Program-made: the position numbers and the translations under genes
NCBI GenBank assembly: GCA_965248355.1
Contig: OZ252098.1
Span: forward strand, 480,001-544,000
Source: Candidatus Latescibacterota bacterium
Lineage (GTDB): Bacteria; Latescibacterota; UBA2968; UBA8231
Length of the DNA: 64,000 nt
Reading direction: 5' to 3'
Notes under the pieces: generated by a model
Seen by the model: only the letters and a program-made list of their open reading frames with translations
Told to the model about the DNA's origin: nothing
Database searches by the model: none
In this document: piece by piece, positions 37,010 to 47,066 of the stretch
How the letters are laid out: each line of letters opens with the position of its first letter
How positions within the stretch are numbered: position 1 is the stretch's first letter

Positions 37010-38760
37010 GGGTGCTCCACCACCATCTCGCCGCTTTCGAGAACCCGCCGCACCTCGGCGTACCCCGCGGGGGCGGCCTCTCCCCGTCGGAGGTAGATGA
37101 AGTCGAAGGCCGTGCCGGATCTCAGCAACTCGGCCGCCTGCGTGGCCGCCGAGGCCAACACCTGGCCGTAGGTAGCCCCTTGGCCGTTCTCGTCGGTCAT
37201 CTCCATCTCGCGACTCCACCACATTCGGCCCTGCTGGAAAGTCTCGCCGTGGTAGCTGTAGCGCTTCAGCTGGTAGTGATCACACAGGTACCCCCAGGGC
37301 AGGGCGATGGCCACCCCCGCCGAAGCCACGAGATCGGCCTGGCTCCGGCGGGGGTGGGCGGCTTGGTAGCGGCGCAGGGCTCGGGCGTGGAGGAGCTGCT
37401 CCTCGAAGGGCACGTGGTGGGCGTGATCGCTCGTCCAGAACCAGAAGTACGTCGCCCCCTGCTCGTAGGCGATGGGGAAGAGGAGCTCGGCGGCCTTCGG
37501 GTCCATCTGACCGTAGATGGCGGCTCCCCAGCGGGCGCCGAAACGGCGCGCGGCTCCCCTGAAGAAGGCTTGGTGATATCGAATCGTGGCCTCGGCATCG
37601 TCTGGGAAGTCGACGCCGAGCTCATCGCGCATCAGCCGGGCGAACCAGGCCGGCTGGTAGCGTCCTTCCATGCACCAGCCCGCCGCACCTGCCTCCATCT
37701 CGTACCAGCAGGCGCTGGCCACGGTCTCCCATACCGGGTAGTCGGGCTGCAGGATCTCCATGTCGCCCAGGTCCCAGCCGTCACGGGCGAGCAGGCGCTG
37801 CAGATGACCTCGGCCGTAGCCGCCGTCGCCGTGGTAACGCCCCCGGGTGAGCTCGACGACGACTTCCGCGGCTTTCGCCGGATCGCGGAAGTGGCGGAAC
37901 ATGCCGTCGAAGGCCATGGCGCGGATGGCGGGCTCGTCCATGTACATGACCGCCCCGAAGAAGTTGGGCCGGAACAGAAGGTCGGGACGGGCCCCGAACC
38001 CGCTGCGCACCAGGAACCAGACCGGTTCCTTCAGCACCCAGTCGAGGTGTTCTCCCGGGACCCGGAAGATGTTGAACCCGGCCTCGATCATGGCCGCGTA
38101 ATCGTCCGCATCGAGCTCGACGTACTCGTAGTCGGGCCCGTCCCGGCTCCACTCCGGCGAGGGTTCGTACAGCCGGCCGGAGCCATCGTCCCGGAAGGAG
38201 CGGCTCGTGCCGATCAGGACCTGCGAGTCAAGGGCGAGGCGCAGGGCGCTGGTGAGGTCGACCTGCGAGGCCCCGGTGCCGGTGGCAACGCGGTGCAGCG
38301 GCTTCCCGAGCCAGGTCCCGTGCTCGAACAGGGGCAGGCCGGGATCGTCGACCGAGGAGGCTCGCGGAGTCAGGTGGGTGAAGAAGCCGACCTTCGGCAA
38401 CAGGGCCTCGCCGTTGGCGGCGTCGACGTACTCGAAGAGCGCCCCGTCGGCATCCGTCAGCAGGTAGCGATGCACGGGGACGGATGGAGCACCCGCGTGG
38501 AGGAAGTCGAGGCCGCCGGCGAGCAAGTCGATGGAGCAGAGGAGGCGCTCGTCGGAGAAGACGCCCAGCCGCCACCAGAAGGCCGTATCGGCCGCGGCGG
38601 TCTCACGCCCGGGCAGAGAGAGGACCAGGTGGGTGACTCCGGGGATCGGCGATCCTTCGCTGAACTCGTAGCGCGCCCAGCGGCCGTCGGGGGTGTCCGG
38701 TCCGGAGTGGCAGGAGAGCATGGGAAGGGCGAGACCGGCGATCAGGATGCGCCGAGACAT
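37006..38760 (-). CDS. Hypothetical lipoprotein, possible glycoside-hydrolase-like TIM barrel
   Basis: MLSC lipobox, AMIEAGFNIF, MYMDEP and YFWFW motifs; coding-like composition. Confidence 0.65.
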   Translation of the reverse strand: MSRRILIAGLALPMLSCHSGPDTPDGRWARYEFSEGSPIPGVTHLVLSLPGRETAAADTAFWWRLGVFSDERLLCSIDLLAGGLDFLHAGAPSVPVHRYLLTDADGALFEYVDAANGEALLPKVGFFTHLTPRASSVDDPGLPLFEHGTWLGKPLHRVATGTGASQVDLTSALRLALDSQVLIGTSRSFRDDGSGRLYEPSPEWSRDGPDYEYVELDADDYAAMIEAGFNIFRVPGEHLDWVLKEPVWFLVRSGFGARPDLLFRPNFFGAVMYMDEPAIRAMAFDGMFRHFRDPAKAAEVVVELTRGRYHGDGGYGRGHLQRLLARDGWDLGDMEILQPDYPVWETVASACWYEMEAGAAGWCMEGRYQPAWFARLMRDELGVDFPDDAEATIRYHQAFFRGAARRFGARWGAAIYGQMDPKAAELLFPIAYEQGATYFWFWTSDHAHHVPFEEQLLHARALRRYQAAHPRRSQADLVASAGVAIALPWGYLCDHYQLKRYSYHGETFQQGRMWWSREMEMTDENGQGATYGQVLASAATQAAELLRSGTAFDFIYLRRGEAAPAGYAEVRRVLESGEMVVEHP

Positions 38761-38766
38761 GTCCCG

Positions 38767-38775
38767 AATATAGCA
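38767..38775 (-). promoter_or_regulatory. Extended -10 promoter, probably leaderless transcript
   Basis: TGC-TATATT lies 6 nt before ATG 38760 and there is no RBS. Confidence 0.45.
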
Positions 38776-38873
38776 ACGGAGTCGCGGAGGGCGGGACGGG
38801 GCGGTGTCACCAATGGGCGCCCGGCGTCTTGCCATCCTCCCCTTCCCCCACCGAAGTTTCCCTGCCGAGTCGA

Positions 38874-40598
38874 ATGCGGGAAGGAAGAGGTCATCTGTCG
38901 AGGCCGGTCACGGCCCACGGGCTCGCCGCGGCGGCCGTGCTGCTGGCCGGCTGCACCCGGGAGGAGACCCCGGACCCTTCCCCCCCAGCGTCCGCATCGA
39001 CTAAGGGGGTGTGGTTCACCGATGTCGCCGCCCCTGCCGGGCTCACCGCCCGGAACGTCTCCGGCAGCCCTTCCAAGCGCTACCTGATCGAGGCCAAGGG
39101 CGGGGGGGCGGCGTTCCTCGATGCCGATGGCGACAGCGACCTCGACATCTACCTGCTCAGCGGATCCACCTGGGGCCCACCCGATCCGCAAGCGCACAAC
39201 CGGCTCTACCGCAACGATGGCCCTCGGCCCTTTGTCGACGTCACCGCGAGTTCCGGACTCGGGGACACTTCGTGGAGCATGGGCGTAGCCGTTGCCGACT
39301 TCGACAACGATGGTGACGCCGACGTCTATGTCACCAATTACGGCGCCAACCACCTCTTCGAGAACGATGGCGCCGGCCGCTTTTCCGATGTCACCGCCGT
39401 CGCCGGGGTGGGGGATACACTCTGGGGTACCGGCGCCGCGTGGGGCGACTACGACCGCGACGGGGACCTCGATCTGTACGCTGCCAACTTCGTCCGGTTC
39501 CAGCGGGATCTGAGACCGCGGGCCATGGAGTACTGCCAATGGAAGGGCGTCGAGGTGTTCTACGGTCCCGAGGCCTACTCCGGGGCACCGGACGTCCTCT
39601 ACCGGAACGATGGCGGCGGCACCTTCCGCGACGTGAGCCAGGCGGCCGGGGTGCGCGTGCCCACGCCATACAAGGGATTTCAGCCCGTCTTCGCGGACCT
39701 CGACGACGACGGCTGGCCGGATATCTACGTCGCCGACGACACGACGCCGAACCTGTTCTTTCGGAACCTGGGCGACGGCACGTTCCGCGACCTGTCCATC
39801 CCTTCCGGGACCAGTCACAGCGTCAACGGTGACGTGCAGGCGGGGATGGGCGTCGACCTGGGGGACTACGACGGCGACGGGGACCTGGACCTCTTCGTCA
39901 CGCACTTCTCCGATGACTACAACACCCTCTACCGCAACGAGGGCGGCGGCTACTTCGCCGATGTCACCTTCCGCGTGGGACTCGGTGCGCCGAGCATGCC
40001 CTGGGTCGGATGGGGCACCGCCTTCGCCGACCTCGACAACGACGCCGATCTCGATCTGTTCGTCGCCAACGGCCACGTCTATCCCGTCGTCGACGATTAC
40101 GACCTGGGCACCTCCTACGCGCAGCCGAACCTGGTCTTCGCCAACCAGGGCCACGGCGTCTTCGAGGATGCGAGCCCTCAGGCTGGGCCCGGACTGCGGG
40201 TGCGGAAGGTGAGCCGGGGCACGGCCTTCGGGGACTATGACGACGACGGGGATGTGGACATTCTGGTGTTGAATGCCGACGACACGCCCACCCTGCTGCG
40301 CAACGACGGCGCCGGCGGCCACTGGCTCGGGGTGCGTCTGCGGGGACGGCGCAGCAATCGCGACGGCATCGGCGCCAGGATCCGGGTCACCGCCGGGGGG
40401 CGCACCCAGATCCGGGAGGTTCGGGCCGGGTCCAGCTTCCTGTCGTCGAACGATCTGCGGGCCCACTTCGGACTCGGGGCGGCGACCTCGGTGGACAGGC
40501 TGGTGGTGAACTGGCCGAGCGGGTTGGAGCAGGTTCTGGAAGGCCTGCCCGTCGACCGCTACCTGCTGATCGACGAGGAGTTGGAGCTGGTGCGATAG
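38874..40598 (+). CDS. CRTAC1-family FG-GAP repeat / ASPIC-UnbV lipoprotein
   Basis: LAGC lipobox, about seven DxDxDG repeats and SNRDGIGARI...GSSFLS...AHFGLG...WPSG. Start uncertain. Confidence 0.9.
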   Translation: MREGRGHLSRPVTAHGLAAAAVLLAGCTREETPDPSPPASASTKGVWFTDVAAPAGLTARNVSGSPSKRYLIEAKGGGAAFLDADGDSDLDIYLLSGSTWGPPDPQAHNRLYRNDGPRPFVDVTASSGLGDTSWSMGVAVADFDNDGDADVYVTNYGANHLFENDGAGRFSDVTAVAGVGDTLWGTGAAWGDYDRDGDLDLYAANFVRFQRDLRPRAMEYCQWKGVEVFYGPEAYSGAPDVLYRNDGGGTFRDVSQAAGVRVPTPYKGFQPVFADLDDDGWPDIYVADDTTPNLFFRNLGDGTFRDLSIPSGTSHSVNGDVQAGMGVDLGDYDGDGDLDLFVTHFSDDYNTLYRNEGGGYFADVTFRVGLGAPSMPWVGWGTAFADLDNDADLDLFVANGHVYPVVDDYDLGTSYAQPNLVFANQGHGVFEDASPQAGPGLRVRKVSRGTAFGDYDDDGDVDILVLNADDTPTLLRNDGAGGHWLGVRLRGRRSNRDGIGARIRVTAGGRTQIREVRAGSSFLSSNDLRAHFGLGAATSVDRLVVNWPSGLEQVLEGLPVDRYLLIDEELELVR

Positions 40599-40632
40599 AA
40601 GACGGCCAGATCTCGGTTCGGCCGGGCATTCC

Positions 40633-42885
40633 TCAGCGTCGGTGCTGCTGCCGCTGGAAGCGGTGGAACTCGTGGATGGTGCCGCCCTCCACGTCCATGC
40701 CGATCCCGTACGAGTCGTTGCCGTAGTCGTCGGCGCCCGGCGGCGGCTGCTGCCAGGTGCGGCCGTCCGCCCACAGGGGGTGGGGGGCGTGGGCGCCGTC
40801 GTCGTCGAAAGAGCGGTATTCGTCGGTGCCCCCGGCGTCGAGGAGGAGGGCGAAGTTCGTGCCGTACTGGCTCGCCGGGGTGTACTCCACCAGAAAACTG
40901 CTCAGCAGGGTATCGGCCGGTCCGTGGTAGGAGGAGGCGGCGCTGCCGCCCCCGGCGCCTCCGGGCAGGGTGTACACATCGTCGCCGCCGCCGAGGTCGG
41001 CCAGGATCGCCGTGGAGCGGATCATGGCCCGGGCGCCGGAGATGATGCGCCCCGTGTAGCTGTCGTCGCCTCCCTTGTCGACCAGCAGGGAGACGCAGAA
41101 ATCCCAGGCGAAGGCGAGCCCGGCGCCGGCGGCGGCATTCATCCCCAGCCCCTGGGGGACCAGGTCGTCGGCGATGGGCGGGTCCCAGACGGTGTAGGTA
41201 TCGTCGCCATCGCCGTCGTCGAAGACGGCGCCCAGGCAGAAGTGGGCGCCGGAAGCCAGGGAATAGTACACCGACCGGTAGCGGTCGTCGCCGGCTCCAT
41301 CGTAAAGGATACCGGCGCCGAACCAGTAGCCAGCGCCCAGGGCCCAGTTGCCGGCCTCGTAGGCGTCGTCCCCGTCCAGGTCGAGCAGCGCCCCCAGGCC
41401 GCCGGCCCAGGCGTGGCCGTCGGACAGGTCGCCGCGGCGTCCGTTGGCCGCGCCCTGGGCGTTGGAGTAGGTGACGCGCTTGCGCGTGTGCCCGGAGCCG
41501 CGGCCGGTGATGTGGGCGTCGATCTCGGCGGTGTAGCGGTCGTCGCCGGAGCGGTCGGCCAGGACGCCGACGCCTCCGCCGATGCCACCGAAGCCCTGGC
41601 CGTCGCCCCACAGGTCGTAGATGTCGTTCCCGGCGCCGTCGACGAGCAGGCCGATGCCGAAGTAACCGGCACCCTGGCCGCTGAAGCGAAGCCGCCGGGT
41701 GTCGTCGCCCTCGTCGTCCCACAGCAGGCCCAGGCCGAAGTAGCCGAGGCCCTGGGCCATGTCCTCGGCCTCGTACAGATCGTCCCCCGCCACATCGAGG
41801 AGCAGGCCCACGCCGAGCAGACCCGCCCCCTGGGTGGGCCGGCCCGTGGGCGGCGCCAGGTAGCGGTCGTCGCCGGCGAGGTCGAGAGCGACGCTGACGG
41901 CCCGCTCGAAGGCGGCTCCCACGGAACCGGCGTAGACGTCGTCGCCCCCCAGGTCGACGAGGGCCAGGCAATCGCCGCAGTCTCCGTGCCGGTCGTTGCC
42001 GCCACCGGCCACGACGATCCGCCCGTAGGGCGTGGGCAGGTCGACGGGGGCGAAGGCCCGGTCCTCCTCCGGCAGGTGGTCCCGGGCCGCGGCCAGGTCC
42101 CGGGAAGCCCGCTCCAGGGCCGACACGGCCAGCTGGGCCGCGTGATAGAGGGACACCGCGTCCAGGTCCCGGGCGACGCGGTCGAGCTCGGGCGCGTAGT
42201 CCTTCTCGTGCAGGGGGCGTCGTTCGAGGGCCGCGGCGCGGTCGCCGGGATCGACCCCGTGAAAGGCCGTGGCGTGCCAGCGGCAGGCCTGCTCCAGCCC
42301 CGCCAGCAGCGCCGTCAGCGGTGCGTGGAGGGCCGCCGGCACCCGGGCCGCTTCCTCCCGCAAGCGGCCGGCGTCGAAGGGCGTGCCGGCCGAGCGGTGG
42401 AGCTGCTCCAGGACCGCGGACAGGTTCGGGCCGGCCTCGGCCGGCCCGCCGCCGTAGGCCTTGGAGAAGGTGGCGAAGTCGAAGGCGTAGTCGTAGCCCC
42501 GGGGTCCCACGACCTTCTTCTCCACCCCGAGGAAGTGGACCACCTTGAACATGGCGTTGGGCCGCTGAGCGCGGTACCCGGGATCGAGGTGCTCCTCCAG
42601 GGCGCCGGCCATGACCCGGACGAAGCCGTAGGTCTCCAGCGGCTCGGCCAGCAGGTCCGGCAGGAAGGGCAGGATGTGGGGGACCTGATCGATGCGCGGG
42701 AAGCGCGACCAGTAGGCCTTCGGCCGCACTCCGAGGTCGGAGCGCTCGAAGCCCACCAGGTCGAGGGCCTGGGTCAGCCGGTCGACGCCGAGAGCAGGCT
42801 CGAAGGAGGGCTCCCGGGCCTCGGCGCCGGCGGCCAGGGCGGCGGCCAGGGCGGCGGCCAGCAGGGGGCGTCGGGGGCGGATCAT
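40633..42885 (-). CDS. Secreted DxxGDDxY / Gly-rich repeat protein (paralog B)
   Basis: Signal peptide and about 10 repeats of QGxGxxGxGLLxDxxGDDxY. ATGA overlap with paralog A. Confidence 0.75.
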   Translation of the reverse strand: MIRPRRPLLAAALAAALAAGAEAREPSFEPALGVDRLTQALDLVGFERSDLGVRPKAYWSRFPRIDQVPHILPFLPDLLAEPLETYGFVRVMAGALEEHLDPGYRAQRPNAMFKVVHFLGVEKKVVGPRGYDYAFDFATFSKAYGGGPAEAGPNLSAVLEQLHRSAGTPFDAGRLREEAARVPAALHAPLTALLAGLEQACRWHATAFHGVDPGDRAAALERRPLHEKDYAPELDRVARDLDAVSLYHAAQLAVSALERASRDLAAARDHLPEEDRAFAPVDLPTPYGRIVVAGGGNDRHGDCGDCLALVDLGGDDVYAGSVGAAFERAVSVALDLAGDDRYLAPPTGRPTQGAGLLGVGLLLDVAGDDLYEAEDMAQGLGYFGLGLLWDDEGDDTRRLRFSGQGAGYFGIGLLVDGAGNDIYDLWGDGQGFGGIGGGVGVLADRSGDDRYTAEIDAHITGRGSGHTRKRVTYSNAQGAANGRRGDLSDGHAWAGGLGALLDLDGDDAYEAGNWALGAGYWFGAGILYDGAGDDRYRSVYYSLASGAHFCLGAVFDDGDGDDTYTVWDPPIADDLVPQGLGMNAAAGAGLAFAWDFCVSLLVDKGGDDSYTGRIISGARAMIRSTAILADLGGGDDVYTLPGGAGGGSAASSYHGPADTLLSSFLVEYTPASQYGTNFALLLDAGGTDEYRSFDDDGAHAPHPLWADGRTWQQPPPGADDYGNDSYGIGMDVEGGTIHEFHRFQRQQHRR

Positions 42886-45056
42886 TTCCGGTCTCCCAGG
42901 GGGGCGAAGACGGTGAACTCGGGGATCGTGCCGCCCTCGACGTCCATGCCCACGCCATAGGAGTCGAGGCCGTATTCCTCGGAGTCCGGCGCAGGCTGCA
43001 GCCAAGTGGAACCGTCCTTCCAGATCGGCGACGGCGCGTGCTCTCCCGTGTCGGAGTAGTTCAGATAGCGGTCCTCGCCGCCGGTGTCGAGGAGGAAGCC
43101 GAAGTTCGTGCCGTGATGGCTGTAGGGGCCGTAGCCGATCTCGTGGGGATGGACGGCCCGCGCGTAGCTGTCGCGGAAGGCGCCGTGGCCCCCGCCGGCG
43201 CCCGCGGGCAGCACGTAGGTGTCGCTCCCGCTGCCGAGGTCGGCGAGGATGGCGGTGGAGCGGATCATGGCCTGGGCACCGGAGATGATGCGCGCCTCGT
43301 ACCAGTCGTTGCCGCCCTTGTCGACGAGTAGGCCCATGGTGTAGTCCCAGCCGAAAGCCAGGCCGGCCCCCGCCGAGGCGTTCATGGTGTCGCTTTGAGG
43401 CTCGAGGGGCGGATCGACCAGGCGGTAGCGATCGTCGCCATCGCCCTCGTCGAAGATCGCGCCGATGCAGAAGTGGGCCCCCGAGGCCATCGAGTAGTAG
43501 ACCGCCTCGTAGAGGTCATTGCCACCGCCGTCGTAGACCAGCCCTGTGCCGAACCAGTACCCGGACCCGAGGGCCCAGTTGCCCGCGCGCCGGGTGTCGT
43601 CCCCTGACAGGTCGACCAGCGCCCCCAGGCCTCCCGCCCAGGAATAGCCCTCCTCGAGATCGGCGCGCCGGCCGATGGCGGCGCCCTGTGCGTGGGAGCT
43701 GGTGACGCGGTGGGCCGTATGGTAGGACCCCCGTCCCGTGATCCGGGCGTCGACCTCCGCGGTGTAGGCGTCGTCGCCGCCGGCGTCCGCGAGCACCCCG
43801 ATGCCGCCGCCGGGACCTCCGAAGCCCTGGCCGTCCCCCCACAGGTAATAGGTGTCGTCGCCGCCGCCGTCGACCAGCAGGCCCAGTCCGAAGTAGCCGG
43901 CTCCCTGGGCCGAGAACCGGGCGCGGTAGGCGTCGGCGCCGTCCCCCTCGTCCCAGAGGATGCCGGCGCCGAAGAGGCCGCTGCCCTGGGCCATGCCCTC
44001 GGCCTCGTAGAGGTCGTTGCCGCCGCCGTCCCAGAGCAGGCCGACGCCGAAGACCCCGGCGCCTTGCACGGTCTGCCCCGATCCCCCGCCCCGGTAGGTG
44101 TCGTCCCCCGACAGGTCGAGGACCACGGCGATCCGCTGCGCCGGGCCGGCGCCGGCGCCGGCGGCGTAGGTGTCGTCACCCCCCAGATCGACCACGGCGA
44201 GGCAGTCCCGGCACCCATGCTCGTCCGGCCCGGTGCCGGCGATCATCACCCGGCCCAGGGGCGTGGTCCAGAGGATGCGCGCAGCCACGGGACCGGCGCT
44301 ATCGATGGCCGCGGACAGCTGCCGGTGCGCCGTCTCCACCGCTTGCAGGGCCTGCTGGGCCGTGTTGGTCAGCAGGACCAGGTCGGCCCCCGCCGAGGCG
44401 CGCCGCAGGGCCGGGGCGTACTCGATCTCGTGGGCGGCCTGCTCGGCGGCGATCCAGGTCTGGTCGGCGGCCGGGACCCCCTCGAAGGCCTCTTCCACCC
44501 AGCGGTGGGCCCGGGCCAGGCGCCAGAGGAAGCGGGCCAGAGGCCGGTGCAGGGGGCGGGGCAGGCCGGCCGCCTCGACCCGCACCCGGGCCAGCAGATC
44601 GTCGCCGGCCGGCGCCCCGCCGGCGCGGTGGAGCTCCTCGACGGCGGCCACCAGGGGATCGGCCAGGTCCCCGGGCAGGTCGACGGCCCCGGCTCGGTAG
44701 CCGCGGTGCCCTGGCGACAGGTGCGTGAAGCCCAGGTAGTAGGCGGTCTTGAAGGCTCCGTCCTCGTTGGCGGACCGGTAGGAAGGAGCCAGGAAGCGCT
44801 CCATGGCGCCGGCCATGACCCGGCTCATCTCGTAGGTGCGCAGTGGCTCGGCGAATAGATCGGGAAAGAAGAAGGGGACACGCCGGGTCCCGGCGAAGTG
44901 GCCGAAGCGGGACCACCATGTCTTGGGGCGGCAGCCCAGGTCGCTGCGCTCGAAGGAGACGGCGGCCAGGGCCTCGGCGAGGCGGTCGGGGGGCTCTGCG
45001 GGGACCGGCGGCACCGATGCCAGGATCACGGCCGCCACCATGCAGGTCGGTCTCAT
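42882..45056 (-). CDS. Secreted DxxGDDxY / Gly-rich repeat protein (paralog A)
   Basis: Same repeats, and termini closely similar to paralog B (FERSDLG.RPK..WSRF; DSYG.GMDVEGGTI.EF). Confidence 0.75.
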   Translation of the reverse strand: MRPTCMVAAVILASVPPVPAEPPDRLAEALAAVSFERSDLGCRPKTWWSRFGHFAGTRRVPFFFPDLFAEPLRTYEMSRVMAGAMERFLAPSYRSANEDGAFKTAYYLGFTHLSPGHRGYRAGAVDLPGDLADPLVAAVEELHRAGGAPAGDDLLARVRVEAAGLPRPLHRPLARFLWRLARAHRWVEEAFEGVPAADQTWIAAEQAAHEIEYAPALRRASAGADLVLLTNTAQQALQAVETAHRQLSAAIDSAGPVAARILWTTPLGRVMIAGTGPDEHGCRDCLAVVDLGGDDTYAAGAGAGPAQRIAVVLDLSGDDTYRGGGSGQTVQGAGVFGVGLLWDGGGNDLYEAEGMAQGSGLFGAGILWDEGDGADAYRARFSAQGAGYFGLGLLVDGGGDDTYYLWGDGQGFGGPGGGIGVLADAGGDDAYTAEVDARITGRGSYHTAHRVTSSHAQGAAIGRRADLEEGYSWAGGLGALVDLSGDDTRRAGNWALGSGYWFGTGLVYDGGGNDLYEAVYYSMASGAHFCIGAIFDEGDGDDRYRLVDPPLEPQSDTMNASAGAGLAFGWDYTMGLLVDKGGNDWYEARIISGAQAMIRSTAILADLGSGSDTYVLPAGAGGGHGAFRDSYARAVHPHEIGYGPYSHHGTNFGFLLDTGGEDRYLNYSDTGEHAPSPIWKDGSTWLQPAPDSEEYGLDSYGVGMDVEGGTIPEFTVFAPLGDRK

Positions 45057-45184
45057 GGCATGCACTTCGGGAATCTTGGCCTTTCTGGAGGAAAGGTTAG
45101 ATCCAAGGGGGCCCTTCGTGCAATTCATAGCCACCGAGGCGGCCACACGGTAGATTCGGGAGGTCCTTTCTTCTTCCGGAGTCG

Positions 45185-47035
45185 TTGATCCTCCGCTTCC
45201 TGCTCCTTCTCCTCGGGCTGCAGCAGTCCGCAGCAGCCGGCCACGCCCTCGTGCTGGTGGAAAACGGGGTACCCCGGGCGACCATTGTCAGGCGCGCCGG
45301 GGCCGGCCGTTCCCTGGACGAAGCCGTGCTTCTGCTGCAGCGCGCCGTGGAGACGATCTCCGGCCCTCGCCTGCCCGTGGTCGACAGCCTGGACCAGGTC
45401 CGCACCGCGGGACGAATCCTCCTCGGCGCCGGCCCCGACCCGCCCCGCATCGGGGACCGCCTCGGCTACGACGGTTGCTACGTTCGCGTGCGCGGCGATG
45501 AGCTGGTGATCCTGGGCCCGACGGACGCCGGCGTCGCCAACGGCGTCAGTTGGTTCGTGGAGTGGAAGCTCGGTCTCCACATCCTGGGCTTTGGCCCCGG
45601 GGACCGGGTGGTGCCAAGCCAGTCGTCCATCGAGGTGGAGGACTTCGAGTACAGCCACCGCCCCTCCTTCGCCTGGCGCGAGTCCTGGACCAGTGCCGTC
45701 CGCGGGTACGAGGGCTACATCCCCGTTCTCGACGAGGCCGAGAGGGGGCGCTCGGAGGAGTACTACGCGCTCAACCGGCGCGGCGGCGTGCCCATCAGCG
45801 GCGCCCACTCCCTGTATCGCTACATACCGGACTCGCTCTTCTCCTCCCACCCCGAGTACTTTCCCCTCATCGACGGCAAGCGGGTGGTCGAGTCGCCCCG
45901 AGGCGGCTCGGTGCAGCGGGAGCTGTCCCATCCCGGAGTCCTGCAGCGCGTCGTCGAGAGCCTCCGCGACCGGTACTCGCCGGATGCCGTGGCCTTCGCC
46001 ACGGTGAGTCCGAACGACGATCCGCACTGGTCGGAGAGCGAGGCCGACCGGCACTTGGCAGAGGATCCCGGAGCGCGCATGATGCTGTTCTGCAACCTGG
46101 CCGTGGAAGCCTTGGCACCGACCCATCCGGGTCTCGGCGCCTGTTTCCTCGCCTACAGCTACTCGGGGACCATGGAGCCTCCGTTGGGCTACCTCGCTCA
46201 CGAACGCGTCGTGCCCCTCGTGGCCCCTCTCGGCGCCTGTCCCGTCCACGGCCCGGCCGACGGGAGTTGTCCGGACCACGGGGAGATGCGGCGCATCTAC
46301 GAGGGTTGGAAGCAGGTGGCCGCCAAGGTTGCCACCTACCCCTACCTGTACGCGAACATCCTGCCATTGCCGACTCCCGGGGTGGTGGCTGAAGAGATTC
46401 GGTACTACCACCATCTGGGGCTGTTCGGCGTGCAGCGGGAGCACATGGCCCGCGGGTTCGGCTGGGAGCTGAGCTACTGGCTCGAGTGGCAGTTGCTGTG
46501 GGACGCCGAGATGGATGTGTCCGCGCTGCGGAGGGTCTTCATGGAGGGTTGGTACGGTGCGGCGGCCCCGGCCATGCAGCGGATCTACGACCGGGTCGAG
46601 GGAGCCGTGGCCTCGGCGCCGCCCGGGCGCACCATGGCCAAGCGTGACCGCGTGCGCTACTGGCGCGGATGGTTCACGGGCTGGACGGACAGCTTCAATC
46701 AACTGCCCGGACCGCTGTCGGGCACGGAGGAGTCCAACGCCCGGAACCTGGCCGAGGCTCGGGCCCGGGCCGATACGCCGGTGGCGAGGGCGCACGTGGA
46801 GCGCGCCGCCGCCGATCTGACGGCCATGGCGGCCTATGGCCGTGGACGGCTCGCCTTTGACAGCTGGGACGCCGGGGAATCAGGACCGACGGAGACACTC
46901 GGGACGATCGACAGCGCTCTGGCCGAGGTGCGGCGCCTGCAGCCGACCTCCCTTCGCGGCGTGCATGCTCCGCTCGGGCAGTTGCGCCGGCTTCGGGAGA
47001 CGGTCGCCGCCGGGGAGAGGGAAGGGGATCGGTGA
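45185..47035 (+). CDS. DUF4838-domain protein (putative carbohydrate-active)
   Basis: GGAGG RBS with TTG start, GH20/67-like N-domain, PSFAWRE, HPEYFPLIDGKR, SPND, FLAY, LLWD and YGAAAPAM. Confidence 0.8.
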   Translation: MILRFLLLLLGLQQSAAAGHALVLVENGVPRATIVRRAGAGRSLDEAVLLLQRAVETISGPRLPVVDSLDQVRTAGRILLGAGPDPPRIGDRLGYDGCYVRVRGDELVILGPTDAGVANGVSWFVEWKLGLHILGFGPGDRVVPSQSSIEVEDFEYSHRPSFAWRESWTSAVRGYEGYIPVLDEAERGRSEEYYALNRRGGVPISGAHSLYRYIPDSLFSSHPEYFPLIDGKRVVESPRGGSVQRELSHPGVLQRVVESLRDRYSPDAVAFATVSPNDDPHWSESEADRHLAEDPGARMMLFCNLAVEALAPTHPGLGACFLAYSYSGTMEPPLGYLAHERVVPLVAPLGACPVHGPADGSCPDHGEMRRIYEGWKQVAAKVATYPYLYANILPLPTPGVVAEEIRYYHHLGLFGVQREHMARGFGWELSYWLEWQLLWDAEMDVSALRRVFMEGWYGAAAPAMQRIYDRVEGAVASAPPGRTMAKRDRVRYWRGWFTGWTDSFNQLPGPLSGTEESNARNLAEARARADTPVARAHVERAAADLTAMAAYGRGRLAFDSWDAGESGPTETLGTIDSALAEVRRLQPTSLRGVHAPLGQLRRLRETVAAGEREGDR

Positions 47036-47066
47036 GGCCGCCGGCCCCTTGAGCGGGATCTGGCGA

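Noticed and set aside
11088-40598. Horizontally acquired island (impression of slightly lower GC3)
   Set aside because: I cannot quantify this by eye, and no integrase, tRNA or flanking direct repeats were seen.
40633-45056. Recurring GTCGTCGCC-type DNA repeats
   Set aside because: They are explained by the GDD codons of protein repeats and are not an independent DNA array.
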